A stretch of 62,934 bases of DNA, counting the filler, from Octopus bimaculoides (lineage: Eukaryota): assembly GCF_001194135.2 (NCBI RefSeq). It is 5 parts of 5 records of this genome, joined end to end, with 100 filler letters (N's around TTAATTAATTAA, not from the genome) between each part and the next. Parts side by side here need not be neighbours in the genome. Positions count along the whole stretch, not along the records: positions 1 to 13,890 come from NC_068981.1; 4 more parts are not named here. The stretch is one strand, 5' to 3'. The position numbers and the translations under genes were made by a program. The notes below the pieces were generated by a model. It searched no databases and had not been told where the DNA came from. It saw only the letters and a list, made by a program, of their open reading frames with translations. Of the stretch, positions 1 through 13,990 are shown one piece after another (position 1 is the stretch's first letter; each line of letters starts with the position of its first letter).

Positions 1-52
1 ACTAAACATAAGAGCACCACAGCAAACCACAGCACATACCCAAGGCGCACAG

Positions 53-258
53 AGTAGGTGTACGTCAATGTTGTATACGGAGAGATATACACATAAAATT
101 TATTATCAAGATATAGGCATACACACAGATTATATATTCAAAGATAGTAACACATATTCGCACGTACAATCATACTGAAATTCTTCCGTAAACATATACA
201 TTTCTATACTATCATCCCCAACACGCAACTGTATAATTATATCAGTATAGTAAACATA
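53..258 (+). repeat. 206-bp direct repeat, copy 1 (identical copy at 1102-1307)
   Basis: Base-by-base reading shows no mismatch from agtaggtgtacgtc to gtaaacata; offset 1049. Confidence 0.9.
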
Positions 259-309
259 GTGAAGTGAAAGCACGTTATAAAAATAAAACTACTGAACAAT
301 AATAATAAT

Positions 310-500
310 AATAATAATAACGGTTCGTAATTTTGGCAGAATGTTTGCAATTTCGTAAGAGGGGAAAGTCGGTTAGATCGACGCCAGTACTCAAACGTTA
401 CTTATTTAATCGACGGAATTTGAAATCAGAACGAAAAGACAGACGAAATGCCACTAAATATTTCTTCCGGTGTAGTAACCATTGTGTCACGTCCCACCTT
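310..500 (-). mobile_element. tRNA-derived SINE, family A (diverged)
   Basis: Reverse complement of the 61081-61305 copy; (AAT)n at its tail. Confidence 0.7.
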
Positions 501-1101
501 AAATAGCAATACTTTCTGTATTTGACACAATGCCTGAAATTTGAGTAAGAGAAATACTAGATTATAATGACCCCAGCACTTGAATTGTACATTAATTAAT
601 GGAACCTGGTATCAGTTTGAAATCCCTCATCAGGAAGTTTGTCAGATACAATATCGATACAGCAAAGCTAGTTGGATGCATGTTTAATAAATTGTACTTA
701 TGAATTTTTGAATGGGCTTTAATAGTCTTTAGCTGTCTTTCTCTGAAACGAGATCACACATATACATACAGAAACACATATATAACAAGAGATATATCTA
801 TGCATGTACATATATATCTGCGTGCTTGTGTGTTTCTATGTCAATGTTTATATGTACATATGTGTGTATGTATGGTAGCGCGTGTATGCGTACCTGCGTT
901 CATGCGTGTTATTTTTCTGTTTTAGCTTTTATTTTCAAGAAAATTAATATTTTGAAATAGTATTTGCGGATATCTTTCTTCAAGCTAAATCCAGCAATGG
1001 CCTATTTTTGTATTCAAACTTTTAACTTTTGTAAGATTAATGGAAAACTAATCTTCTTACTAGATGTTTTGAGATGAGTAATATGGGATTACTGATTATC
1101 A

Positions 1102-1307
1102 AGTAGGTGTACGTCAATGTTGTATACGGAGAGATATACACATAAAATTTATTATCAAGATATAGGCATACACACAGATTATATATTCAAAGATAGTAAC
1201 ACATATTCGCACGTACAATCATACTGAAATTCTTCCGTAAACATATACATTTCTATACTATCATCCCCAACACGCAACTGTATAATTATATCAGTATAGT
1301 AAACATA
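1102..1307 (+). repeat. 206-bp direct repeat, copy 2
   Basis: Identical to 53-258. Confidence 0.9.
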
Positions 1308-1478
1308 ATTTTTTGCTGTTTAAATTCGTGTACATACATGGTTCTATGATTCAAGGTTATGTGATTGCACTCGACGCTCAAATATACATAGCACTCACAT
1401 ATAATAACCCACGCAAACACACACACACATATATCTACATATACGTACATACAAACGAACGCACAGGAACGCACGTAT

Positions 1479-1518
<40 letters not shown>

Positions 1519-1735
1519 NNNNNNNNNNNNNNNNNNNNNNNNNNNNNNNNNNNNNNNNNNNNNNNNNNNNNNNNNNNNNNNNNNNNNNNNNNNNNNNNNN
1601 NNNNNNNNNNNNNNNNNNNNNNNNNNNNNNNNNNNNNNNNNNNNNNNNNNNNNNNNNNNNNNNNNNNNNNNNNNNNNNNNNNNNNNNNNNNNNNNNNNNN
1701 NNNNNNNNNNNNNNNNNNNNNNNNNNNNNNNNNNN

Positions 1736-1804
<69 letters not shown>

Positions 1805-1844
1805 TGCATATGTATGCCCGTGTATGTCTTTGTGTCTCTGTTTG

Positions 1845-2040
1845 CCCTACCCCCACCGCTTGACAACCAGTGTTTGTGTGTTTACCTCTCCGTAACTTAG
1901 TTTTTCCGCAAAGAGGCAGATAAAAAAAGCACCAGGTTCACAAGAAATATAAATTCGGTGATCGAGTCCCGTGACAAAAAAATTTCTTGGTTGTGCTCCA
2001 ATATGGCCGTAGTTTGATGGACTGAAACAAGTAAAAGATA
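1845..2040 (+). mobile_element. SINE family C 3' half (similar pieces at 20090-20175, 21140-21290, 50650-50880, 53925-53995)
   Basis: cgcttgacaaccagtg...ccgtaacttag...atggccgtagtt...actgaaacaagtaaaaga. Confidence 0.7.
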
Positions 2041-3069
2041 GTGTATATTTTCATATAACCTACAATCAGTTATCCAGATATGTTTTCGACTTGACATTCT
2101 TTATGTCTTGTGTCTGCTTATTTATTCTTTCTTACTTAGGAATTGTCAGTCAAAAAGATAACATTATCAGTCAAATTCCACCGTTCTTAATTTTGCACAG
2201 AACTATCACATCCTCATTTTAAACTGATTAATATTACGAAATAATAATGTGGATTGTCAGATTTATAGTTACAGCATTTCCCATTCTGAATTTTAATACT
2301 ACCCTTGTTGAATTGTGATGCTTTGTTTTTCATTTCATTGCCCTCCATGTTCGATGAACTACAGATATTTTAGCGTTGATATAGTGAATTATTTCTTACT
2401 TTCACACAAAGTAATCTATATTTTTGTGCCCATGTTAGAAAGCAACATTGGAAAACAAATTTTATGCATACATTTTTTTTTATATAGTTATTTCAAGAAG
2501 ACAAAGCAGATACGATTCTCTGATAATTTAGTTGCAATGTAGCAGGCATTTACCCAAATTATTAGCAACTGTATTTTAGTTGTACGCGTATGCAAAAAAA
2601 GTACTATTTCTGGCGTTGAGCCTTTAGTTACGGCATTTAAACTGTTGAATTGAAATCCCGCTAGAGTCGAAAGTTATGTAACTTCGGTCGACGAAAAGTT
2701 AGCATCGATATAATCGAAGTTTTTCATCTTAAGAACTGTTATAGCTTTGACCCTTTGCTAACCAAAGAAAATACAAAATATGTTAATATAAATTTTATTT
2801 AGGCGCTTAATTAGAGATACATGTACTTGATAATCATTTCTTTTCCTCGAATGCAGTCATCCAACCAATAATTAGAGTGAGTAGTATCTTGAAATCAATT
2901 TTAAGTATGTCAACTCGAGTATCCTAAATTTCCACTGATGTCTTATTACTAGATCACAATCAAAATACCCCATAGTTTTTATTCCAATGAAATCTGATTA
3001 CAAATGTCTCCACAAAAAAGAAAAGAGAAAGAGAAGAAAATAAATAAATGTCCTTCCGGTTTCACAGGC

Positions 3070-3320
3070 TCTGTGGAGCATATATTTTCTTTGAACAATC
3101 GATTGATTGGCGGAGCCCGCCTTTCATCGCCTTCGTTGATTTTGAGATAGCCTTCAACAGTGTGGACTTGGGAGTAATCTGCGGGTTGATGCAGCATTAT
3201 AGTATTCAACCGAAAATCATCTGTATCATCCGAAATTTCTATTACAGCTCTACTAACCAAGTCATCCACAATGGCAAACCTGCAGATACTTTCACCGTTC
3301 AAACTGATGTAAGATAAGGT
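3070..3320 (+). mobile_element. RTE-clade LINE reverse transcriptase fragment
   Basis: EQSIDWRSPPFIAFVDFEIAFNSVD...HYSIQPKIICIIRNFY...TFTVQTDVR matches the RTE RT pattern F.DFEKAFDSVDR...TGVRQG, with decay. Confidence 0.8.
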
Positions 3321-5562
3321 TCTATATTAAATCAGTATTATTTCTATTTGTTGAAGGGCGGTACCTCGATGATTCTGTAAAGCATCGGAAAAGAAAGCCT
3401 TGTGGTGTTTAGGTACTTTCCTCTTACAATTTGATCTCATATGTAGCCGTGAATGACAGTGTATTTGGTCATTCCGTGCTCCATCAAATGTGTGAGTGAA
3501 GTAGGGGCATCGAGTACATTAATAGTACCCTACGCTAAATTATTCGTTTTGTGCCTGTGTTATATACTAATAACATCACGCCAAAAATTTCAGTTCACTC
3601 GTTCATTTTGAGTAAGGTATGTAATGATCAATATCTCTATATATCATATTACTGTAAACTTGGTATTTTATCGAAACAAATTCAATATCTTCGTTTGTCA
3701 TATAACTAATGTTTACAACATCTCTAACAAGCTCCCAGTCTACAGAAAATTTCTACGAGAAAAATGGGAACCTATATAAAATTGATCTATATTTTAAATT
3801 AACGGTCATATCTCACTTAAATTGCGTCTTTCTCTCTTAAAAGATAAACAGACACACTGGAAAAATATATCTCTAAGTTTAGATATATAAGCAGACGAAT
3901 TAGTAATAAGTGTTCTCTATATCAGCGAATATTGTGTTAAGCAACGACAACAAGAGAAACAACTTTCTTGTTACGCTGAAGTAGTAGCAATCATGTGTTT
4001 GATGTGCAAAGTATGTTCATTTTAAATTTGTGATAATTATAGTAATCTAACAAAGTATCGGATCATAATTTTGGTGCTATGCCATAAATCTGTAAAATAA
4101 AATAAATGTCATATTTTAGCGAAGAAATCATTGTTTTATCACTGTACGAAAATAAAATATTTTATCAATGTGGTTTGAACTAAAGAAGCGAAGGACAGAC
4201 ATATAATATATTTGACTAGCATTTCGCTCATTTTATCTCTGGAAATATTTTTCATATACTCTAATCTGAGGGTTCCTTAAAGATCGAACGAAATATCTGA
4301 AATGTTCGCATATATCTTAATATTCTTCATTATAGAATATAATAGTACGATACTTTATATTATCTTACATTCTCTTAAGAAAAGAAAAACATTAACAGTT
4401 TCATCTCTGAAAATGACATTTGTATAAGGTGTTTGAATGCAAAAAAGATGAATGCTGTTTAAACAACCATCCAAAATTGCTCTATAATCATTTATTTTGA
4501 TTCATCTTTTAATATCTAATGCCAAAATGCATAATAATGTTTAAACTTTTTAAAATATTTCTTTTAATTCTAGGTTTAGTATAAAAACTCCAAGATAGTT
4601 ACAGCGTCCAAATTAAATACTATATACTTATGTAATGTAATGTAAAAAATGAAGGACTTGATATTTCTAGATTGTCAACAGATTTCTGAATATCTATACA
4701 GAAAGAAATTTCTACGAACTGTTTAAGAGTAATATGTTCAATGAATATATTGATTTTATATCGAAGACAAGTACTTTCCTCTCCAATGATATTATGCTGT
4801 TAGTGAAGGTTTCTGACATATACACGAAGCTACGCTTTGGGGGATGATATAGTCAATTACATCGACTCGGTAAGTGTCTGGTACATCTTTGTGGACACCA
4901 GAAGAAAAACTACGGTTCTGAACTCTCAGCATAAACAAACACAATTAAATACCGCAAGGCATTCTGTCCAAACTTCTATTGGTACTGCCAATTCGTTTTC
5001 ATATTATAAACTACGGTTACTATCTAAATGACATGTACTCCTCAATTTAAGCGATATGTCATATAAGATGAGTCGTTATTGTCGCTATGATAAGGTAAAG
5101 AAATAGTTAGATGAATGATAGTTGGTATATTTTCATGATCACTGTAATGTGGGCCCTGACTAGTCCTATAAAAGTAGCTTGTATTCTATGGCCAAGAATT
5201 TGCCTATATTTGCATGTGATATAAATGAATAAATAACGAAAAAATGGATTCTATGTTTTGGCAAACAATCCGTAATTTGGAATTGGAAATGAGTGGGTTA
5301 GTTTATTACACCGACTCCAGTCCACAATTGGTACTTATTTTGTCGACTTCCGAAATATGAAATGCAAAATTGATCTTGGTTAAAAGGTAATAATTTTGAG
5401 TTGGCTGAGATACTCACTATCATCAACCAAAATATTTCACTGGTACTATATTTTATCGACCTCGGTAACATTGGCATTGATGAGATGTGAACAGAAATAT
5501 AAAGAGCCAGAACAATTACTCCGAGGCAGTTTTCTGACAATCTAACCGTTCCACCAATAATC

Positions 5563-6032
5563 CATGAGGTGTACGTAAAAATATGCTGTCTTCATCTTTG
5601 CATTCATTGCACCAGGGTCGGCGGAAATTTTCGTAGGGTGTCCAAGGTATTTTCAATGTGACCAAGAGAAATTTACCTCTGAATAGGGCAGATGTGGAAG
5701 CGATACGGTGTTGATTTTGGCGAGAAACTCACGTATCAGGAGATCTCGGTGACCGGTTGCACTATAATTGTGAAGAATCTAATTGTACGTGCTCCTCATA
5801 TCCTGAAGCGTTTGCCGAATGTCGTCTCTCCAAATTTCTGTCCATCACGAAATCGAGACAACAATATACACGTGATGACAAAAATATAAATTTCACAACC
5901 TGCGAAGGAAACACAACAATGTCACTCGGCACACTCCATCATAAAGCTGACTACTAGCTGCCACTGCGCATGCAACCGTGTGCTGCTATCTGTCGGCGCG
6001 CGACAGAACTAGTCCGAGAACTTCTTGATACC

Positions 6033-6040
<8 letters not shown>
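5563..6040 (-). mobile_element. Internally deleted mariner-type element
   Basis: Terminus tacgagatggtatcaagaagttctcggact; minus strand ATG GAC AGA AAT TTG GAG AGA CGA (MDRNLERR) and LPHLPYS (PPYSPDL-like); left end degenerate. Confidence 0.55.
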
Positions 6041-6098
<58 letters not shown>

Positions 6099-6298
6099 TA
6101 TATGAATTCTGAAGATTGACTTTGCGTTACGATTTTTCAGGTTGCAAACAGAGTCGTCTGCCACACAGGCGAAACTCAGTCCATGGTATTCGTGCCAGCT
6201 GAAATAAATATATAATATTTTTACTCTGCTCTTATTGTATTGATTTTCTCAAGATGGTATTTTTTATTCTCCAAACAAAAGTAAAAGAAAAACAATGA

Positions 6299-6332
<34 letters not shown>

Positions 6333-6339
6333 GTGTGTG

Positions 6340-6396
<57 letters not shown>

Positions 6397-7099
6397 TGTG
6401 TCTGTGTGTGTCTGCGTACGGGGCATGTGTTGGTGTGTGTGCGTATGGTGAGGGTGGGGTTTACTGTATCTTAATGACGCTGCACATTTTAAGCAACTCC
6501 TATGATTTTCATTTTTGATTGTTCACATAATTCTCCTGATTTATTTTGCTTTGTTTTTTACATTTCCATCTAAGCTCCTTATGTGTCCGACTCGCTCTCT
6601 CTGTCTTTGCCTCTCTTTCTCTTCCTCTTTCTCTTTCTCGCTCCGCTACTCACTGTTGTACAAATTCGTCCGAGCGCACGTCTATATTTGTATCCTCCTA
6701 TATACATTTGATTTCATATCTCTTATTTCTGTCTGCTGAACATTTTGTATACATTCTTCTTTTCCTTTTATTACACTTTTCGATTTTGATTAATGCTTTC
6801 TTTCTGAAAATAATTTTTACTTTTAACCTACTTATTCAGCAGTATCTATTCCTTTACTTTCTGCTCTCCTTTTACTGTATGCTTCATATATCTTTCTTAT
6901 AGTAACAATATTTAAAAAACTGTTAACTATTGGCAATAGAAGGGGCAAAGCAAGGTGTATATGGTCATTCGTGTATCATACTTAATGTAAATACCCTCTC
7001 ATGGGTAAAATCATCTGCGTTAGTCGACTGGAGATAATAGCACCTACTGTTGTGCTGTTTTTAAAATAGACACAACGCGCGCGCGCGCACACACACACA

Positions 7100-7134
<35 letters not shown>

Positions 7135-8924
7135 CGTGAGAGTCGGGCCTATCATCGGTTAAATGCATTTCTGTTTTGCTTCGTTAGACGCTATCAATAA
7201 CGTATATTCACTGCCTGTATGCTTAGAGGAAACCTGTCACCAAAGATATACAAAAACGTGGGAAAAACATTTCTGGTGATTCAGGTAACCGTACGGATGA
7301 GTAAAAAAAGACGATTACGTGCAATAGAAGCTGTATTAGATCAAAATAGCCATTTATGTAACAGAATATTAAATTGTAATTATGCTTGATTGGTAACCAA
7401 CAAATATTTTCTCATGTACGCCTACATTCACTAATAAGAGTAGAATGGTTAATTGATCTTAGGAAAATAAAGCAAAGCTTTCACACAGGCAGAGACGCGG
7501 GTCAAGATATGGATATTACGAAATCTAGTGTTTCGTCATATGGTAAATTCTATTCGATGAAAATATTTTTCTATATGCTCGACTATTTGTCTTTTAACTT
7601 AATTGTAAGTGGCAACTTTATCGGGAATGCAATTCTATCATACATTACATCTAACATACAGACCTGCAGAGTGTACATTAAAAGACTTACCCGTAAAAGC
7701 ACAAAATCTACTCCTCCATAAATGCATGAAAGTTTCTCTATATCATTTTTATGTTGATTATAACGGTTTCATGTTTCACCCAGAACATTACAGTTTTATT
7801 TTGAGTGCATCCCCCGGTATGTACTTGCCACTCTGTCAACGCTCAAGTGCTATCGGCATATGAACACCCAATTTCCATAGATAATGTGTGAGCAAGGATA
7901 ATATGGAAATTTAGCTACTAGAGAACCACCGACCTTATGCTTCGCACTAAGTGCTGAAGGTAAAGCAGACAGTAACGTAAGTCTTGCCCATGTGGGTGGA
8001 TAAGATGTTGATCTACACGTTGAACATGGCTGCCTATACTTCATCGTCATAGTGTTAGAACAGGTTCTCTTAATTTGTGAAATAGTGGCAGATTAGCTTT
8101 TCGTTTACCAGATCTTGCTCTGCAATTACGTCACGATTCCTTATCAGATTGAACTCTGTTTATATTCAGAACGTGGTTGAGACAACTTTTGCTAACTGTT
8201 TCCTTCATGAAACGCTCGCTGGGCAACTTGCATGTGCGCATGTAAGGAACAACTGTGATTCTGCGGCTGCTCCTATTTTTGTGGTTGTTATCGTTTTTTG
8301 TTAATAAAGACTCCACTTGATTTACCAAAATTACTCTAGACACTAGTGATGTTCTATAAATTGCATCAGTGTCTTCCTCTAATGTGTCACAGTGAGCATG
8401 TATGTTATACAACTTGAACGAAAAGTCCTTGAAGTGTTTTATTGCCCCAGTCGAGCAAGAGACAGCTAAATTCTAACATTCCTAACAAAGAATTTCACAT
8501 GACATGGTGAGAGGAAAATTAATGCAACTCCCTGAAAGCTCAATAATATGCAATACGAAAAGATGATTTATCATCGCAAGAAACAGCAACAAGGACATCA
8601 ATAGCCTCGGCAAGAAAAGTAATTTAATCAACAACAATGATAATAAAAAGTAATGTTCGTAGTCACTTTAATATGCTATTCCGTTCGAACGGAATTGACT
8701 GCGATTTTTTAACCCCAAGAAGACAACTCCTGTAGCTGTTTAACGATGCACAACTCCAACCAATATATTGCTATTAGGGGAATGACACCTTCTAGTAACC
8801 AGACCAGCATAACAGTCTGGTTTTGGGCTATTTCTGCCTCTCTGCAGTACTGGACACCTTGTGTGCTAGAAATGGCAGTAGCTCGCCTCTACTCACAATA
8901 TATATATAAATTCAAGCGACACAG

Positions 8925-9275
8925 TCATTGGTGGCTGATGATAGGTGCATTTCTGATCATGAGCAGAGTTAGTGGGGAGCATCATAGCCATGTGTTGAGA
9001 GGAAGTCTTTGGAGTTTGAATAATTCACCTTTGAAAACATGAGTATTTTGCTCAACATCCTTCAACAAACCTTATTCAGGGACCTTGCGGGATAGGCTAG
9101 TCGATCTGAAAACAATACTAACTGGACCCTACGTATGAGATCATGCGCTGTTAATTTTGATATGAGATCACCATGTCGCGCACATATGGTTGTGATGCAT
9201 GTGCCTGGTGTACCCTTATCAGATGGATAGTGATGATGGGTATACTGGACTTCGTATATTTTACTCCAAATTTGA
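8925..9275. mobile_element. Family B repeat, partial
   Basis: Aligns to about 49765-50110. Confidence 0.78.
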
Positions 9276-9344
9276 TTGCAAAGAATTCAAATTTGTTGAC
9301 AAAGAATCCAAACTAGACTGAAAACGTCTATAATAATAAAAATG

Positions 9345-9934
9345 ATAATAAATGGAGGTACGACCGGGTGGTAAAAGTTTTCACTGGAATCTTTGCCAGA
9401 AATGAGTATTTGAAGATATAAACACATAGTACAATCATCGAGTCGAAAGAGTACTGAAGTCGGAGAAATGTAAGATTTTATTGGACTTTCCTATTCAAAC
9501 GGAAAAGTTAGAAAATAATGGACCGAAGATAAGGAAGCGCGAAGATGCTTGCTTATTGATTCGCCCTGCCTGTTTGATTCCAGGATCGTAAAGAGACAGG
9601 ATGAAAAACAAAATTAAAACAAAAAGAAAACAAAATATACAAAATTTGAAATAGGAAGAATTTGGGGTATGAGAACTCTAAAGGTCGTGCCTATGCTAAC
9701 TGGTGCGTTGGGAACAGTAAGCAAAGATATAAGCAAATGGCTGAAGGAGATTGGAATAGAATACCCTGTAGAGCTATTACAGAAAGTTTGTCACTTAGGG
9801 ACAGCAAGAAGTTTTCAGGAGGGCTCTAAGCACTTGAAAGACACCTCAAAACCTGTGGATACCTAAAGCTACAGGTAGTAACCCGCCACCCACATAAATC
9901 CTATCAGGAATAAGACGAAACCAAGTAATTGTAA
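9345..9934 (+). mobile_element. R4/Dong-like element 3' fragment (RLE domain)
   Basis: KILLDFPIQTEK and VVPMLTGALGTVSKDISKWLKEIGI..LLQKVCHLGTAR parallel the 58101 ORF. Confidence 0.78.
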
Positions 9935-10150
9935 TGGTTTCAACTTTCGATACAAGGCTAGCAACTTCGGGCAAGTGGGTAAGTCGATTACATCGACCCA
10001 GTACTCAACTGATACTTATTTTATCGACCCCAAAATTGTGAAAGGTAAAGTTAACCTAGGTGAAATTTGAACCCAGGACCTAAAGACGTACGAAATGAAC
10101 GCTAGCCATCTTGCTGGGCATGCATACGACTCTGTCGGCTCGCTGCCTTA
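9935..10150 (-). mobile_element. tRNA-derived SINE, family A
   Basis: gtcgattacatcgacccagtactcaactgatacttattttatcgacccc...gaaatttgaaccc is the reverse complement of the family A body and B-box. Confidence 0.75.
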
Positions 10151-10193
10151 ATAATAATAATAATGATAATAATAATAATAATAATAATAATAA

Positions 10194-10234
<41 letters not shown>

Positions 10235-11831
10235 GCAATCATGTCTAGTATACTCTCGACGCGACGTTTGGTGTTATTCTATTAATTCTGAAGTAAACTA
10301 GGTGTGATTTTCACTGACAATATGAAAATTCGCAGAAATAGTGCAAAACGTTTTATTCGATGCTCGAACGACCTTTTCAATTTCTCAACTTCAATAATAA
10401 TAACATCTTGGTTGAAATAAGGTAATTAACAATGAACTGCAGACAAAAAGTACATGAGGAATGTTATGAGATAAAACGTACAGGAATTAAGGAGATAGTT
10501 ACAAAAGTGTATTTCAGAAATTTCAGACCAATACTAAAAATTGAACATTATTCCAGTAATATTTTACACTAAGCACCAACGTCATAAAATAGACTTTCGT
10601 TATAAATTGGAAATTAAGTTAACTAAAGAGCCTTAGAAACCTAAAATCTACTCTCTCTATGATGTCGAGTTCTTAGAAATAAGTGGTTAATATTCGAAGT
10701 TTTAATCGCTATTGTTAAATTTTATCGCAGGAATTTGTATCCTGAAGCGGTTCGTCTGAGAAAGATGACGACGTCTCCTTCCTACGTTTTACGAGGAGCC
10801 CGAGATCATTAATGGTATCTCCAAAGTCTTCTCCACTCGTACTATAAAATGATAGACACATTTAAATATTATTGACTCATTGTACATTTCCTCGCATAAT
10901 GTTTTTATTTCTAATTCTTGCGCCCCGCAGACATGTTGTCAAATGTGCGAATAAACCTAAGGCTCACATAGATGTAGCATTGAAATGATGTCGTCCGTTT
11001 TTTATTGCTACTATTAATCTTACTTGTTTTTATGACGGTAACATTACTATACACACTATCACTGTTGTTATTGTAGTTTTTCGAATGAGTCTATAATGTC
11101 AAATGTGTTATTTATTTTATTATATTATCATTGTTCATGCAAGTGCTGTTGTTGGAATTATTAATCTTTTCTCACCGAATCTCTCAAACACAAAACGTAT
11201 TCATATTCTTTAGAATTCTCTTAAGAACAAAATTAGCTACTACTATTATTTTCACGCGTACTTTCCTTTATTGTCTCGGGACGAAGAATTTCTCAATCCC
11301 ATTGTTAACTCAACAGAGAATGCCAACGGTTGAAATGACCAATCTTTTTCTCTGAAGCATGTCGCTCAAGATTTTTTCATTCATTCATTCAGTCAGTCTG
11401 CACATTCTGCGCTAACATAAAAATGGCTTCCAGTAACCATCTTCTAGTTTAAGAATCTTATCTAATTCGCCCGTAGATATAACAAACAACTCTTTTAAAT
11501 TACACCTTTGATTCCGTTTCGAATGTTTTGATTTGTTGGTTTCTGTGTATGCTTTCGTGATTTTTTTTTTATGGTTTCTCAAAATTCTACAACGAGTTTT
11601 GTTTGTTAATTGTGCCTAGTCCTTTGTTCTCTGTCCATGTTGCCTTTCATATTGCACCCACCAAATATAATACGGAATCTATTTTCCTCCTCATCTACTA
11701 ACACACTCATATCTACTTTCTCATTTTCATACGCTTGCACCTACTCTTCCTCCCCTACGTATGTAGATATATATATAAGCATATACATACATACATACAT
11801 ACATAATACACACACACACATATCGTTTGAA

Positions 11832-12160
11832 GGTGTATGGCTGAGTGGTTAGAGTATTAGGCTCATAATCATGAAGTAGTGAGCTCGATCCCCGATCCAA
11901 GATGTATCATGTTTCTTGAGCAAGACACTTTATTTCACGTTGCTCCAGTTCACTCAGCTGTAGAAATGAGTTGCAACATCACTGGTGTCAAGCTGTACCG
12001 GTCTTGGCGTTTCCCTTGAATAACATCAGTGGCGTGGAGAGGGGGAGGGCTGGTATGCATGGGTAACTGCTGGTCTTCCATAAAAAAAAATGCTCAGATT
12101 TGTGCCTTGAGAGGAACTTTCTAGGTGCAATCCCAAGGTCATTCATGACGAAAGGGGGTG
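11832..12160 (+). mobile_element. tRNA-derived SINE, family D (decayed copy at 19285-19450)
   Basis: A-box tggctgagtggttagag, B-box gagctcgatcccc, ttgagcaagacactttatttcacgttgctccagttcactcagctgt. Confidence 0.78.
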
Positions 12161-12193
<33 letters not shown>

Positions 12194-12875
12194 GTATATA
12201 GCAACATTGTTTAAAATATGTATCTATAGCACTATGTGATAAGACTTCCCCTGTTTCATTATCAATGGTCTGTTAGTGGGCGACGCCCTTAATTGTCAGC
12301 TAACATCTTGTTTTAAGTTTTCCTTTACCAGACCTCATGATATTGCTTCTAATAAATCTTGATTTTTATGACTCTACCAACTATGAATTCTATCCCTAAC
12401 AGATACAACCCCTTTATTCTCTCAGCCTTAGATATACAAGGATTTGATAAACTAGTCTATAAATTAAAAATGACTCCGTAAGAACAAAAAAACAGTGACA
12501 GGCAGAGCCTGTAACAATGTATATCTTCTTGTTACTTTAGTAGCTTCTATGCTGGAGTGAACGCAGCATGTTCTTTGTCTATCTCCTTGACTTCTTCGAG
12601 ATTTTAGGTATAATTGTACTAATGTGTCCATATGTTCCAATTCAATGAAAGTCTATGTCTTCGTGCGGCTAAGGATCATTCTGCATTTTAAATTGATTTA
12701 ATGATTGCAGTGTTCACTTAAATGGAGTTGCATGAAACAATCGTACTGTATTATCTCTGGATATCCGTGTTGCTTATTTTGATTTTAATCACCTTACTTT
12801 GAAATTGTATGGATAATACCGTACTAAATTCTGATGCCTCAACTTACGTACCATATTCATTTGAATCTATCTATC

Positions 12876-12930
<55 letters not shown>

Positions 12931-13609
12931 ACACACACACACACCCATATAAATATATTTGTCCAAAATTACTCAGTAGGAGTGAACGGTGAAGGGAGAG
13001 GGGGAAATAGTAAGTCAGTGAAGGAGAAGTAGTATGAGTAATAGCCATGACTGTGAGAGAGTGAGAGAATAACTGAATTAGTGTTCTTAAATTTAGATCA
13101 CTGACTAACATACTAATTGCTAGGTCCGACATGAATATAAACACGATTATACGAGGGATTTAGCCTATTCAAACCGAATGTATTGGTTCTTAATTATATT
13201 AACGAGTACATAGCCCGTGCCGCTCCTAACAAAATCTTTATGTACTTATTTATATATGTATTATACATTTTACGTAATCCAAATTTATACCGTATATCGC
13301 ACTTAAACTTTTAAGGGCATCCTTAATTTTTACAAGGGCATTATTTGTAACCATAAGACTTATCTAGCGGTCTCAAACACTGTTATCTATTACAATTAAC
13401 GACACCGGATATTACTACCAGGTATAACACTTTCGACCAACGCCGCTGGTCAACTAGTCATTTTGCCCACTTATTGCTACATTCATCTAATTGAAGAAAT
13501 GTACACACACGTGGAACCTTAAAGGACACAAAAATGTAAGCCTAAAGATTTAACGAACTTTTTTCTGTTAGATTTTCTTCTCCCTATATTCCTTCGCTAA
13601 ACTCTAAAT

Positions 13610-13689
13610 CATTCTGACGATGTTTATTAATTGGAAGGAGATGAATGCAAATTTACTTCAAAAATAAGAAACTGAAACGGCTGTAAATG
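13610..13689 (+). ncRNA. Type I hammerhead ribozyme-like motif, family G (Penelope/retrozyme-type)
   Basis: CATT-CTGACGA-[stem II tGTTTATTA...TAAGAAACt]-GAA-ACGGCTGT-A-AATG. Stem I CATT/AATG is perfect; stem III is a near-palindrome; predicted cleavage after GUA (13685). Confidence 0.62.
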
Positions 13690-13792
13690 TTATTTAATTA
13701 CAATTAAACTATGACCTCTTAATACCAATGATCAACTTCTAATTGTTAATTATTGCTCCATTTCTTTTATCTATCTATCTATCTGTATGTCA

Positions 13793-13870
<78 letters not shown>

Positions 13871-13890
13871 ATCTATATCTATATATATAT

Positions 13891-13990
13891 NNNNNNNNNN
13901 NNNNNNNNNNNNNNNNNNNNNNNNNNNNNNNNNNTTAATTAATTAANNNNNNNNNNNNNNNNNNNNNNNNNNNNNNNNNNNNNNNNNNNN
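13891..13990. other. Assembly linker 44N-TTAATTAATTAA-44N (12-mer also at 34828, 43079, 51393)
   Basis: The same palindromic 12-mer, with stop codons in all six frames, is centred in a 100-bp N block at four places; not biological sequence. Confidence 0.92.

Noticed and set aside
6109-6181. CTGAAGA...GAAACTCAGTC hammerhead-like words
   Set aside because: No pairing for stem I or stem II.
8131-8412. Minus ORF with ITVVPYM, possibly a Penelope C-terminal region
   Set aside because: A single weak motif with no RT or GIY-YIG residues; cannot be supported without a search.
13935-13946. TTAATTAATTAA motif recurring four times
   Set aside because: Always centred in a 44N+12+44N block; it is an assembly placeholder with stops in six frames, not a regulatory element.
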